Positions 40,330-54,882 of a stretch of 64,000 nucleotides of DNA are shown here, piece after piece. This DNA is from Octopus vulgaris. Its lineage: Eukaryota. The number at the start of each line of letters is the position of its first letter. Position 1 is the first letter of the stretch. The stretch is taken from NCBI GenBank assembly GCA_951406725.2, contig OX597827.1, forward strand, positions 74,896,001-74,960,000, read 5' to 3'. The position numbers and the translations under genes are program-made. The notes beneath the pieces are model-generated. The model saw nothing but the letters and a program-made list of their open reading frames with translations. It was not told where the DNA came from and did not search any database.

Positions 40330-43300
40330 ATTGAAAGAATTGTTGCAGTGTATTACAAAATCCTTGCAGTATTTAGCTTTGGCCATTTACGTCTGAAGTT
40401 CAAATTCTGTTGACATTAACTCCACTTTCCATCCTTCCAGAATTAATAATATTAAAAAAAATTTACCAATACCGGAATTGGTTTAATCGACTGATACTGA
40501 TATCTCCCAAATTTTTCGAAGTATGAAACCTACGGCTGAAAATGAATCTTTAATGTCTTCATAGTCGTGTTTGCACTTTAAGATTGAGTGAGAATATAAA
40601 TTCCAACAGCTATAGTATTCTTGTAAGAAAAAACCCAGGTATTATTAACTTTGAAACATATTCTACAAAATGTTAACGTAGTAGTAGTAGTAGTAGTAGT
40701 AGTAGCAGTAGCAGCAGCAGCAGCAGGAGGAGGAATTCAAAAACTGGTGGAAGATACGGGGTAATTTATACTCAGAGCAGAGACGATCCGGAATGCGACA
40801 GAGTGGTTTCTTCTAAAGGCAGCCAAGGGGTAGGTCACGATGTTAAAATGTTAACGTAGTAGTAGTAGTAAGTATAAATTTTATGGCCGCCCTACTAGGG
40901 AGACAGGGTAACTCGAAGGTCAGTAAGTTGTAGTAGTGTTCATAATTTTTTCGGAATTCTAAGGCACCGTTCTTTCGTTTTTTTTATCACCACCTTGTTT
41001 GTGACATTGCCTGGACTGCGTTAATAGTATTTTTGCTTAGTAATGCATTCTGTTTTGCGGGAGATGCGCATTAATTTTTTTTTTTTTTTGCGCCAACTAA
41101 TGGAGAAGACAAATATTTTCTTATTTTCCATATATATTGAAACATGGCTGATAAAGAAGTCATTATAATGTTCGAAGACGGGATGCGTTCCTTGTCGGAG
41201 AAAAAAGAGAATACTGGCATACCATTGACTACAGTATGTGACCACCATGCCAGCGAAAAAGAAAACCGTGTTGAATACATTTTCGTCTCTAAACAATGCT
41301 GAAACAGTGAAGTAGCAATTAAAGAAAACATACGAAGACGACGGCGACGATGACAACAACAACAACGTCAACAGCAATACCGATGATAACGAAGTGAAAG
41401 TTAAAGAAGGAAAGATAAACAAAGAAAATTTTAAAGGAAACGTGAACATCACTACCGCCATAGACGCCACAACAGTCTCCGCTGCAGCCGCTAAAGCAGC
41501 AAGGGATCCTGGAATTGGGATTTTTTTAATTTTATTTCTTTTTTTTTTGTAAATGCTACGAGAAATCTTGAAGATTTCCCCATCGACGAAAAAGAATTGA
41601 AATTGGCCCAAAAAATCGTTCAAAGAAATGGAAGAAAAGTTGCCCAAAACTCTCCACTAGATGTGATCGGAAACATCTTAAGATACTCGGTTACATACTG
41701 CTGCATTGGAGTAAAATCGCTCCGAATGAAAAATGCTTCTGAAAGCCAAATCCAGAAATGCTTTGAATGCGTGTGACAATAGAAGACCCACATCATCCGA
41801 GGAAAGAAATTTGGGACGATTGAAGCTATTGCAGCTAACACCTTGCTAAAGTTGTGGTGATGAACGTGAAATATCGCCAGAAATATCCATCGCCAGAGGG
41901 ATATGTAGCCAGATGGTTAGTAGCCGCCGTCTTGGCAAGTATAGAGGAAGACAACGTGACTATCTTGGAGGTAAAGAAAATACCTCAACAAAACTGGTCA
42001 TGTATAGGTATGAAACTAACATTACAATGTATGCAAACCTATATCGAAGAGCTACCTAACCTAATAGGCCTCCCGGATGGTACTCACCTGTCAGTGTTAA
42101 TGGAGGGTAGAAAACCAAGATGCCATATTTATGACTCATTTAAAGTTTTTCGGCCCTCAAGCAAGGAAAACAAAACTCCCACTGCTACCAACACCACAAA
42201 CACAAAATCATGGAGACGAGCTCAAGATTCCTTCACCCACACCAATACAAAGAAGTCTACTCCCGGCTACCACGGAAATCAAGCTTCACCTGGACGTCCT
42301 GCCTCCCGAACCAACATCAACAGCAATGATATGGAGAGAGAAGAGCAGACCGAATAATGTATCATTAACACAAAAAAAAAGAAGAGACGAAAGGGAGGAA
42401 AGTACATACACCTGCTCAAGAACACAGCAAGACGAAAGTCAAACACCACTACTGCAACCCAATTCGCAACCACTCCAACAAAAATAACAACGATAACTTT
42501 TACAAAAACAGGAGCATCTTCAACAATAACTTGAAAACATAGAAACAGCCAATAATGAAACTGCAAAAACAAGAAAATACTTTCAATTTTAGGCGAAATG
42601 TATTCATCAATTTCACTTTGTGAACAAATGCAACAGTGAATTGATGGATTTTGTAAAGGAAAATAAAATCAAAACTACAACACAGGGAAAGGAATTTAAG
42701 GATTTCATCTTCAAACTCCGAAGGACAGATTATTAGTTAAAATGTCCTCAGACTTTTAAAAACACTCAGCGAAAAATTCTTGATTTAGATGTGGTTACCA
42801 TTAGTGAAACAGTTGGGATGTACAGAGCGACTAATCTAAAAACACTACCTTCGCTATTGCTTACATCTAGGGCCATCAACTTACCATCCAGGCCCAGGAG
42901 GATCTGCCGTACCTCGAAATGCAGGCCTTTGCTAAACAGCACTGCCGCTCTTTTTCCCATTCCAAGCCAAAAGATGCGTAAATCTTAAAATTGTCGAAAA
43001 TAGGTGTTACATCGCTGCGTCAGAAGTCCTGGTTTCGCTGACGGCCGTCACATCCGTAGTTAGTAACCTGAGGTCGTTGAGCAGATAACTTTGCTTCCAG
43101 AGCGACCACAAGTCAAGAACATTTGTACAACTCGCTCAGGAATAGAAAAAATCGATTACGTTTCGAGCCTATGCTCTTCTACAGAAAGGGACACAGAAAG
43201 AACAAGGAGAGAAAAAAAATGTATATATATATATATATATATAAATGTATATATATATTTTTTTTTTTTTTTTGTTCGTGCTGTGAGAGCCCTCCTCACT

Positions 43301-45980
43301 AGCTTTAAGTTTTGTTTTTGTGATTGGTTGTTATTGCTTGGGGTGTTTTCTTTTTGTGAAATGTTGCAGTGGTGCTAGTATTGGTGGAGATGGTTGTAAT
43401 AGCGGTGGATGTGTTGGTAATCGTAGTACAAGAGAGGTTGGCGTTGCTGTAGGTGTGTTTGTGGATGTTGTGCGCATATTTTTGAGGATTTTGGCGTGCG
43501 TTGGCGAGGGAAATGATACTTTATGCTTTTTATATTTCTCTTTCAGGTGGGTTTTCTCCCTCGTTTTCACTTTGTGTTGCAGAGGTATCAGTATCTGTAG
43601 AATCAGAGTGCAAGTCTGTATGTATTTGACCTTAAAGGAGATGGAGTGGGGACAGGAGAGGCCGGGCTTCATTGAAAGGGACACCCTGAGTGTCGGGTGA
43701 GCGTTATAATTATTCTTTCTGCTGAGGGTGGTGGTGGTGGTGCATCTGTTACTCGCGTTATTGGTATTGTTGATGTTGTTGTTTTCCTTGGTTTCTTCCA
43801 GCATTTGCTGATTTTGTTGTTCTTGTTGATGATGCTGTTGTTTCCAGAGTTGTTGCAGCCTTTATTGTAGTTCACTGATAGTTGACTTGTGGCCTATGGG
43901 GACCTGTTATTGACAATAAGTAGGCCCTATTGTTCCCTATTTTCTGTTTAGAAGAGAAAGCTTTCTAGTGGCCAACCCCTCAACCTCCACGTAGGTGGTG
44001 CCATGGCCTTCTAACATCAACCGTAAGATGCAGCAATTCTTCTCCAAGAATACCAAAGAGATCTGGGATCTTGTGGATTGTGTCTGGTTTAATGTAGAGG
44101 TGTACCTTCACGCTAATCCCAGACCGATTTCCACGACGGGTTCGCTTCACCTCCAGGCGGCTGTTATTCTCTCCCAATACGACTGTAGTACTGCTATACC
44201 AAAGACTTTTAGAAATTGTCCATGATCTTCGACCCGAAAGATCTGTCAAGGCCTAGATTCAATCCTAAACCATCATCCCTCACACCCTCAACTAGACCCA
44301 CGCCCCAGAAATCTTGAGGTGTTTTCCCGTTAACGGTTTTGTGCAGCTAATGCAATTCAATGAGTTCCTGGCAATATTCTAGATGCCAAATACTCAACTT
44401 TGGTCTTCGTTTGATCCACGACTAGAGTTCTGTTAACAAGAAATGCTGCAGAAAAGCTCGTTCTTATTTTCTCTCCCGTCATTCACATCATCGCTGTGAT
44501 TTACATATCTCTGTAGGTGATACAGCTTTAAGACTTGATCATAACAATCAAAAAAATAAGCGCTTCAATCTGGTCTAGGTTGTCTTAGGACAGGTACGAC
44601 AGTTAGGCGATAGTACACCACCGAGGCGATATATGCATTTGCTATAATGATAATGATGATTTCAAATTTAGGCACAAGGCCAGCAAGATTGGGGAAGGGA
44701 GTAAATAGATTACATCGACCCCAGTGTTTAACTAATACTTAATTTATTGACCACGAAATGATGAAATGGCAAATCGACTTCCACGGAATTTGAACTGAGA
44801 ACATAAGGTCGAACGAAAATACTGCTTAGTATTTTACTCAGCATATTAATGATTCTACCAGCTCGCCATAATAATAATATTAATAATAATATCAATAATA
44901 ATATTAATAATAATAATAATAATAATATTAATAATAATGGTAATAATAATGGTAATAATAACGACGACGACAATTTTGCAACAGGGCAGCAAGTTCGGGG
45001 TAGGTGATGAGTTGATTTCATCGACCTCAGTACTCAACGACTACTTACTTTATCGACCCTGAAAGGATGAAAGGCAAAGTCGACTTGGGAGTAATTTGAA
45101 CATGAAAAAGAAGAAGAAGAACAACAACAACAACAACAACATGATCATCTTTATCATCATTAAGATATTCATGTACTGAGTGCATTAGATACGGAGAGGT
45201 AACTTAACCTGTGTGGGTGTTTCTTCCACAAATTCTAGGATGTTAGACATGTCTGTTGTTCACATTTACTTCCCTCACTTTTCATTAATAATCTCTATAT
45301 ATATAAACGGCAAAATGTCTGCATGCGTGTCCTTTATACGTATCCACAATTTTTCAGTTAGAGGGCTCGCACTTTCTATGGTCATTCAAAACCGTCCAAG
45401 GCTAGTCGAGCACATCTTTACATTTCCCCAGTCACCCTGTAAAACCATTAAAAAATCAATAGAAGTGACTTTTTTGTGAATTTTCTTTCCAAAACCCAAT
45501 CAAAATGCCCGAAACTTGATACGCCAATTGAATGCCAGCTAGCTGTATGTGATTGGTCGGAGATTTGGACAGTACTCGCGTGTATGTGTGCATGCACGCA
45601 GCTGTATATGCATGCACTAGCACTATGACCCAGCGTTGCCAGGTCATAGTGCTAGTTCAACATAACTCAATACTTAGCAAAATAAGTATTTATATACTTA
45701 TGCTCTTGTAGAGAGTACGACAACTTGAATTAATCAATACATGTATATACAATACATGTATATACAATACCTATATACAATACATGTATATAGGTGAGAT
45801 AGACATTGTTAAGCTAAGATTATAACAATCAAAATTTTAAGTAAGACATCTCAATATCAAACAGAAAAAAAATTTTTAATGAGTTTATGCACTTGTATCC
45901 CACTTAATTAAAGTTAAGAACAGATCATGTGTGTGAGTTGTGGGGAAATAGTTTGATTATTAGTATAGACGTATACTTAC

Positions 45981-46115
45981 TTTGCTGACAGGCGTAACCC
46001 CTGTATCCAGATGCACAGCCTCTAGGACATGTGCCATAAATCGGGTTGCAGGTGTCATAACCAGAACATCTACATGTTTTGGTGCAATATTGTCCATACT
46101 CGCCTCTCGCGCAGA
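45981..46115 (-). CDS. Exon C2 of multi-EGF gene; CARGEYGQYCTKTCRCSGYDTCNPIYGTCPRGCASGYRGYACQQ
   Basis: 135 bp; tttcacag acceptor, gtaagt donor; phase 1-1; 8 Cys; hand-translated. Confidence 0.9.
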
Positions 46116-48340
46116 CTGTGAAACAAACGTATTATACCTTATATTGCGTAAAACAGTAAAGAACTCGTTTCATAATTGAAAAGATGGCAAAAAATCAATG
46201 AATGACTGATGACCAAGACAACCATAATAGGAAATCGTTTAACCAACTACGGCGCCTCAATATTTTCGATTGATCTGCTAGTAACAGCGACCAAATCTTC
46301 CTCAAACAATACCCTGTTAGACTACAAACAAGAAACATTAAACAATGGAGACCTAAATATATCTTAAGATGGCCACGGGTGGAATATCTATAACCGTAGA
46401 TCTTTCTAATCAGTCAGGATTCATCAGAATATAAACAACAGCAGTAGTAGTGGTTGAATAACATGGGACTGCCTTCTCGATCTGAGTTTACCCAAATGCA
46501 AATAACATCATCAGCAACAACAAAAGCAATGATATACAAACAAATAAGAAAGCCAAATCTCTCAGCAATCGCTCAACTTGCTAGTACATCGTATCAACGA
46601 GGGAACTGACTTGGGCTTCATCTTTACCATAAAGTTTGAGGTCATCCATGAATAACAAGTGGTTGACTATTTGTTGCTGGCTTTTGAATACATACCCAGC
46701 TTTTGCTTTCCTGAGAATCAGTGTTAGTGAAATCAAGCACAGTACAAAGATCAATGGAGACAGGCAGTCCTCTTCGAAGATGCCTTTCTGATTTCTACTT
46801 TCCCTAAACTTCTTTCGTATGCTGCCAGGTCCGTCCTCCAATTCACCATACTTTTTCCAAGCAATCGCTCAACATTCGATGCAATACCAAATAGGTTCAT
46901 ACATTCCATAATCCAAGAATGTAGGATCATATCGTACGCCTTACGATAGTCGGTCCGTGACATGGCTAAGTTACTTTTCCTCCTCTTACAGTCTCTAAGA
47001 ACAGTTTTGTCTATCAGGAGTTGATCCTTGGTACCTCTGCACTTACGCTAGCAACCCTTCTGCTCATGTGGCAGGACTCCAAATTTTTTTCCAGATGTTC
47101 GTACATTGACTCTGCGAGTATTCCAGTTAATAATTTCCACGTAAGTGGCAAACAAGATATCGGCCAGTAGTTGTGTACCGTATTGCCTTTTTCGAATGTT
47201 TTTCAAGCACAGCACTGTCCTACCCAATGTCAACCACTCTGGTGTTACTTGGTCGGCATTTAACAAGGTGTTGATTTGTGCAGCTATTCGTGCATGACAT
47301 TCACCAAATCATTTGATCCAGTAGCCTTGAACTCCATCTGATTCCGAACTAAAATGACTAGTCCTGTCTGTTTTGGACAGACTACTGTTTGTTTCAGTTC
47401 TTGCAACCATAACCATTCAGCATCCTTTTCGTGCTCCTTATCTTTGCTCCAGATGTCACTCGAACATCTTTGACTTTCATTGTTATTTGGTATCAACTTT
47501 TCATCTGTACATTCTCCATTTATTCCTTTATAGTCGTGTCGGTCTGCATGGGGAAGACCCATAGAATCAACACATTTTCTCCCTCAGTCACAGCTTCAGG
47601 ATGATGTTTATACAATTCGTCAGCGGTTTTGATTTTATAATGCCGACATATTGTCCAGTGTAAATACTGGCCTACTCTTTCATGTCTTGCTTTATATTCT
47701 GCAGATGCTAAGACTCTACACCCTGAGATTAGGTGGTCTATTGTTTCAATCTCATCGTTACAGAATCGGCATTTTGGGTCAGCTCCATTTTTCATCACAT
47801 TGGCTTGGTAGTTGCGGGTAAAAAACCTTTGGTCTTCAGCAGCCAATATGAAACCTTCACTCTCTGCTTTTAGCCCTGAACTTCGTAACCATTGGTGCAT
47901 GTGTTTCTGGCGGACATCAGCTTGTTTGCTACGGGCCACATACTTGCCATGGAAAGGTTTCTGTTCCCATCTGCTAGCTAAATTTTCATGTGCTTTTGTC
48001 TTTGCAATTAATTTTATTTTCTTTGCAGCTGTAGTTGGCGCATTTCCTTCAGCCTGCTCAATCTGGTGGGTATCTAAGAGATCAGCAGCGAATTTTTTGC
48101 TCTCTTTGAGAATAGAGTGAAGTTTTTTAGGCCTTTCATGTTTTCAACAAGTTTTAGCATCCAATCGTTGGTTGCTTCAAGGTATTTGGCCAGTCCGATT
48201 GTGGTGGTTTTGTATGTAAGTTCAAGCTGGATCAAACATCGACCTCCCTGAGCTCTGGGAAGGTAAAGGCGATCCACCTCTGCCTTTGGATGGTGCATCT
48301 TATTACAAGTCAATAGCTTGCGGATTTTCCTGTCAAATTT

Positions 48341-48390
<50 letters not shown>

Positions 48391-49010
48391 GAGTGAGAGA
48401 GCAGTGCATGCCATCAAAGTGACACTGGGGTAAAATATACGAAGGGTACACCAGGCACATGCATCACAACCATATATGCGCGACATGGTGATCTCATATC
48501 AAGATAAACAGCACATGACCTTGCAGGTGGGGCCCAGTTAGAATTTTCTTCAGGTTGAGTAGCCCATCCCGCTCAAAAGGTCCCTGAATAAGGGTTGTTT
48601 AAGGATGTTGAAAGAACCACCCATGTTTCCAGAGGTGAATTATTCAAACCCCAAAGAATCCCTCTCAACACATGGCTATGATGCTCCCCCACTACTTCTG
48701 CTCGTGATCAGAGATGCACATATCGTCAGCCACTAAGGGACATGCTCAACTGGTTAAGGTCAAACAACTGACAAGCAAATCTGTGGTATTGAGCAGAATA
48801 TTTGCTGTAGCCCATCTTTTATACCAAGACAAAACAATGTACATGAAAACACTTCCAATCAGTTAAGATCAGAAGCCATGAGAGCAGCTGCCTGGTACTG
48901 CATCACGGCATTTATTATTATTATTATTATTATTACTAATATTATTATTATCCTTTTTTTTACTATTGTTAATATTTTCTCTGGTCCTACATGAGTTTGA
49001 CTTTATTATT

Positions 49011-49041
<31 letters not shown>

Positions 49042-49117
49042 CTAATATTATTATTATCTTTTTTTTACTATTGTTAATATTTTCTCTGGTCCTACATGAG
49101 TTTTGACTTTATTATCA

Positions 49118-49166
<49 letters not shown>

Positions 49167-50929
49167 TATTGAGTGAGAGAGCAGTGCATACCATCAAAGT
49201 GACACTGGGGTAAAATATACGAAGCCCAGTATACCCAACATCACTACCCGTCTGATAAGGGTACACCAGGCACATGCATCACAACTATATGTGCGCAACA
49301 TGGTGATCTCATATCAAGATAAACAGCGCATGACCTTGCAGGTGGGGCACAATTAGAATTTTCTACTGGTCGAGTAACCCATCCCGCTCAAAAGGTCTCT
49401 GAATAAAGGTTGTTTAAGGATGTTGAACAAAACACCCTTTCTACTTTTGTTAGCCACTCTGCGCTTTCTTTATATCTCGCCGGCTTCTTGTACAGTCTTC
49501 CTCCAAATTCTTTACTTTCTTCCGCATTTCAAATCAGTTCTTAGTGTTGGCGTCCCTCTGTTTCCTCATATAGATGCCTTCTATTTTATTGGAACAGTCT
49601 ATGCTGTTCGAAACCTTTGCATTTATCATCATTTTTTTTATTAATTTGGCCTTTTTTTGGTGTCAATTCTTCCATCCGTTTCATATTCTTCCTGTTTTAC
49701 CCTTTCATTACCGCTCTCTGCTACCGTTGTTTCACTCTCCTTCTGCTAATTTATTATTATGTTTCTCTGAATTTCTTCAATCTCTACTGCCATAACCCAG
49801 TCGTCCCCACATATTACTCTTATTTAGTCTATCAGTCACAGGGCGGATGCTTCAAAGCCTCCTTTCTTCATCCCATATTCTCTTCATTTGATTCATGAAG
49901 CCTCTTTTATTTGGCTCACTTCTCAGCCAGTATTCGATTACTATTTAGTTTACTTCTTTTCCCGCATTTCATTCTTTTACTTTGCACTTTTGACTGCGAC
50001 TTTGGTCCTGACCAATAGCTTGATGACAATCTGCCGGAACTTGACCAGATACTCCCTGCCTGCCGAGCGCGACATCTTTACCGTTTACAGTTCCAGTCCT
50101 GTTAGTGCAGTTGTGGTTATTATTTAATTTTGACATCACTCATTTAGAGGTACCATTTGTAAGATTGTGCAACCACCAGTATTTTTATTGTGACACCATC
50201 ACTAGGTGAGTTGCTAATCAAGGCTCCGAGAGTCCACATCAACCCTCGTGTACAGTTTTTAGTGTCATTCTTGTTCATTCCAATGTTTTATATTTATATA
50301 TTTGACATTTTTACTCCTGGGAATTTTTGTTAAGGCGGCTAGCTGGTAGAGTCGTTAGCACGTTGTACGAAATGCTTAATAGTATTTCACCCATCGTTAC
50401 ATTCTGAGTTCAAATTCCGTCGAGATCGACTTTGCCGTTCCTCCATTCGAGGTCGATAAATTAAGAACCAGCGGAACACTGGGGTCGATGTATTTGAATA
50501 GTCCCCTCCCCCAAAACTTCAGGCCTTGTGCCTTTACTAGAAAAGATAATTGTTGTAGTTGTTTTTGTTATCTCAACTGAATCACAAGTGTCGAATCGTT
50601 GGCGACTAAACCAGCAACTCCACAGAACCTGCTCTGTGGAGAGTGTATTTTTCTTTCTATTTGCTAACCCTTCAGGATGAAATACAAGGCCTGTTGAAGA
50701 GTAGATGAACTCAGCGGAGTCAGCGGTCACCTACACAGCAACTTTTCATTAGTTGTGCATCCGATTAGATCATTACCGCTCAGAGTACTGGGTTGGTGTA
50801 CAATGCAAGATAGCTTACTTAAACTTTTAAAGGGTAGAGAGGCCCTGATGATTTTTTTGATACAAACCCTCTAGAGAAAGTGTCTCGAATGTAAATACTG
50901 CTGGTTGTTAAATCACTTTCCTTTGTATG

Positions 50930-53645
50930 AGAGTAATGGATAAAAGTATTAATACAAACAACAGCGTAAATGTGGACGAAACTTCAGGTGACGGGCTCTT
51001 GCCTTGTGGGTGAGTAGCACAGGCCCGGTCGTCATTATATGGTTGCCAGGACAAAATGGTCTAAGGTGATGAAAATAGCTGCCATAGAATGTTATTTTTT
51101 TAGCAGACCTGTTGATGATGAAGGGAAACCTATAAAAGGATACAGAAAGAGAATGCGTGGCATTTGGATGGAGATGCTCAACTTAGATATTGCAGAGAGA
51201 GTCTACATGACCAAGCAAGGTTAATAAGGAAGAAAGAATGGTTAACAGCATTAGAGTTTGATGAGATTAAGAAGACGGGAACGATCAAAAACACTGTGAG
51301 TGAAGTTGTATTGTTACAGAAAATGTGAACGAGTTGTATTGAATGAAGTTGCTCTGGAGAATGGTGCTGGCTTAAGTTTTGAGAATATCGAAGGATTGAG
51401 CGACGAGGATAGAGTAATGATTGAAGATATCACTAGTATCATTCAGAAAAATTTGAACATAGAAGTAAATGAATTCAAGAAAGTGGTATAATTTTGCTCA
51501 GCGGGTTGACTCGGAAGATGAATAAAATACTGAAAGTAACTAAGAAAGATAATATAAATGCTACAGATAGATTGGTTAAAACTAGTATCATCTATATAAG
51601 AAGAAAAGTAGCCCTCGAACCAAATCGTAAAAGAGGAAATGAGACAAAAGAGCCTTGGAAGAAAAGAAGGATAATGTAGTCAATGAATGAATCACGAAAG
51701 CATATCAACACTCTGAAAAGAAAGAAACAAGGTGAAATCAAAACGGAGAAATATCAAAACTAGAACGTAGGTTTAGTATCACGAAAAAGGGATTGAATAT
51801 AGCCCTGCAGAGCTACAAAAATAAAGGGATCTGACCACAGAATTTAACAACATAAAATCAATATATTGTTCCAGCCGGATCAGAAAATGGTTTATCAGCA
51901 GATGGAGAGGTTAGCAGCAATGAGAAACCGGACGCTGAAGAAAGTAGGAGTTTTTAGAGTAACATCTGAGATAATGGAAGAAATCATCAGAAAGATGCTT
52001 GAAGGAATTAAGATCCGAGAAAATTTAAATGGAACAGAGCAGTATACGAATATCAACTGAAATGGTGACCGAGAAGACAACAATGATCTCAAACTGGAAG
52101 TGTCCTGGCCCGGATGGGGTTCAAAGGTAATGGCTGGAAAATTTCCCAGAATTATACAAAAGAATAGATATGCAAATGGATAAAATGATCAACAACAGGG
52201 TATAAATCCCAAAATGCATTACCACAGGGAAAATAGCTTTTTACCAAAGACGACTCCAGTAAATGTAATGCAGTGGAAAATTACCGGCCATTCTCCTACT
52301 TACTACTGATTTGGAATTTGATGTCAGGAATGTAACTAACTGTGCGTATGACATGCTGAAAATAACTGACAAGCTGCCAGTGGAACAGCAGAGATGCACA
52401 TAGGCATTGATATGTAGTACCCAGGAACAAACCCTGAGAAATAATTACTCCAAGGTCCAAATAGACAAGAACAGTGAATCGCTCCTTTGTGGGTTTATGG
52501 CATCAAAAAAACGAAATAATCTCACATATTGTGAGTGAATTTAGCAAACTGATCCAAAAGGAATACAAAAAGAGGCACGATAACAGGGCTAAGTTTGTTC
52601 ACTAGAGATTGCATGAGAAGTATGGTCTTGAAAGAACACAGACAAAGCCTGCTAAAATATAGTAGGCTACTATAGAACAACACACAGAAAATACTAAAGG
52701 CAGTGAATAGAGAGCAGGTGGTCAAATGTGGAAATAGGAGGAAAAGACGAAAATGATATTCAAAGAGAGCATTATAAACAGATTGAAAAGAAACCTCTGC
52801 ATGGTCAGTATTTGAAAGCCACTGAAGATGTACGTGAAACAAAAATCTGGGCTTCATTAAAAACAAAAGGGCATTTAAAAAAAAGAAACAGAGTACCTTG
52901 TTAAAGCAGGCTGAAGATAAAGCAATAAAAACCAAATAATTTGAAAAAATATGTGTATGGGGAGGTGTCAGCAAAATGTAAAGTGTGAGGTATTTGAGAT
53001 AAAACAATGGTGCACATTGTTGCAGAATATCCCAGGTTGGCTCATACAGAATATACGAAATGGAGACATGACCAAGTATTGCAAGTTTTTCACTGGGCGC
53101 TTCATCAGAAATGGGGATTTGAAGCTCAAGTACTTGGTATCACCATTGGGTTGAGAGGGTGCTTGAGTCGGAGAAAGCAAGATTTTATGGGATTTTCCCA
53201 TTCAAACAGATAAGAAGCTAGGAAATAATAAACCAGATATAACAATAATAGACAAGGTAATGCGAAGTTGCTTACTAATTGATCCATCGTGTCCGTTCGA
53301 TTCCAGGATTGTTAAGAAAGAAGAAAAACATTTTAAAATCCAATCCTTTAAAATTTGCAATTGCGAGAATTTGGAGCATGAAATATGTAAAGGTTGTGTC
53401 TGCAATAATTGGTGCATTAGGATCTGGGAGTAAGGATATAGATGAATGGTTGGAAGAGATTGGAATAGAATGTCCTGAAGAGCTTCCACAGAGAGTTTGC
53501 CTCTTATGGACAGGAAAGATTATCAGAAGGGTTTTCAGCACTTGAAAGATTAACGAAAGCTTGAGGATATATAAAGTTACTGGTAGTAACCTATTACCCA
53601 CATAAATTCTAGCAAGAATAAGAACGAACCTGAGTCAAATAATAT
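50930..53645 (+). mobile_element. Degraded R4/Dong-like LINE, copy-2 paralog
   Basis: Colinear with 28975-31690. Confidence 0.8.
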
Positions 53646-53929
53646 CTTTTATTGTTACAGGAACAACAAAAGAGTCGATTTCGCAAGGACAAATTAGAAA
53701 GCGAAACAAAAAATATACTTGAAAAGAAAATCCTCAAGAGAGTAGGTTGACAGGGTAATTTTCAGTCAAATGAGGAAAAGAATTACACTAGGCCAATCAC
53801 AGAAGGCCAGATAAATTCTGGCAGGTGAAGTCCTAACATAAAATTCGTCCATAAGTGATTTGAACTAAATATATTCACTTTGAAATTACTTCATAATTCC
53901 AATGGTATAATCAGTTGTTTCATACTCAC

Positions 53930-54061
53930 ATGCTTGACAGGTTATACCCCGATATCCAACAGCACATCCATACTTACAAGTACCATATTGTTTGTTGCAT
54001 ACGTTGTAACGACAATGACAGGTGTCCTTACAGTCATATCCATATGTGCCTCTAGGGCATA
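53930..54061 (-). CDS. Exon A3 of multi-EGF gene; CPRGTYGYDCKDTCHCRYNVCNKQYGTCKYGCAVGYRGITCQA
   Basis: 132 bp; polyT-cag acceptor, gtgagt donor; phase 1-1; 8 Cys; hand-translated. Confidence 0.9.
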
Positions 54062-54882
54062 CTGAAAAAAAAACCCAGAAGAAACACGTTTTAACTTACG
54101 AATTTATTGTTGCCTTTTAAATATCAGTAACACAATATTACTGGTATCATAGTCGACGCCAGCTGAAGACAGAAACATATTCTCTTGTAAATTTCACAGA
54201 GATTTCCTGAAGCTTCCAGATGGTTTGTTTCATTCACAAGGCTTGAATCAAACCAGGACTTTCACAGAAGATATTTGCCAAACTTTTTTTGCATCGAAAT
54301 CGAACCTTAAACAAGCTAAACTAGCTTCTTAATAAATCAACCAACCCAAAACTTTGTAAAGTCAAAAACTTTAACCAACAGAAATCTAAAAATGTATAAG
54401 ACAGACGACTATTTCAAACAATTAGTTAGATGTCTTCAGGCACACAATCTTCTGCCATCTCCCTCCTTAGTAGACGCTGTGCGACTCTTGCATACTTTGT
54501 TATCTTCCCTGTTAGCACACGTTCTTCGCCCATGTTAGTATACTATGCAGTCAACGTTGACAATACATGTTATTACTTCCCTTGTCATCACAAGTTGCCG
54601 TTCCCTGTGATGTACCCCTTGCTGTACCCCTTGTTAGTATACATTGTTATGTTGTTAGCTTAGGCTGTTGTTTCTCTAGTTTGTATATCCTGTTGTCTCC
54701 CTTCTTTTTATATTTTGTTGAAAAAGCAAGTACATTGTTAGTACACTGTTCCATGTCACACACAGTACTGTCACCCTTGTTGGTAATCTTTGCTATATCT
54801 TGTATTAGCATCTCAGAATACATAACTAAAAAGAGCAACAATTGCAATACACAATGACAACAGAAAGCAAACGTTATTTTAC

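Larger units (their letters stand above)
31973..53929. repeat. Tandem segmental duplication unit, copy 2 (22.0 kb)
   Basis: Same order of intronic sequence and A/B/C exons as copy 1; differs by TE insertions and deletions. Confidence 0.95.
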
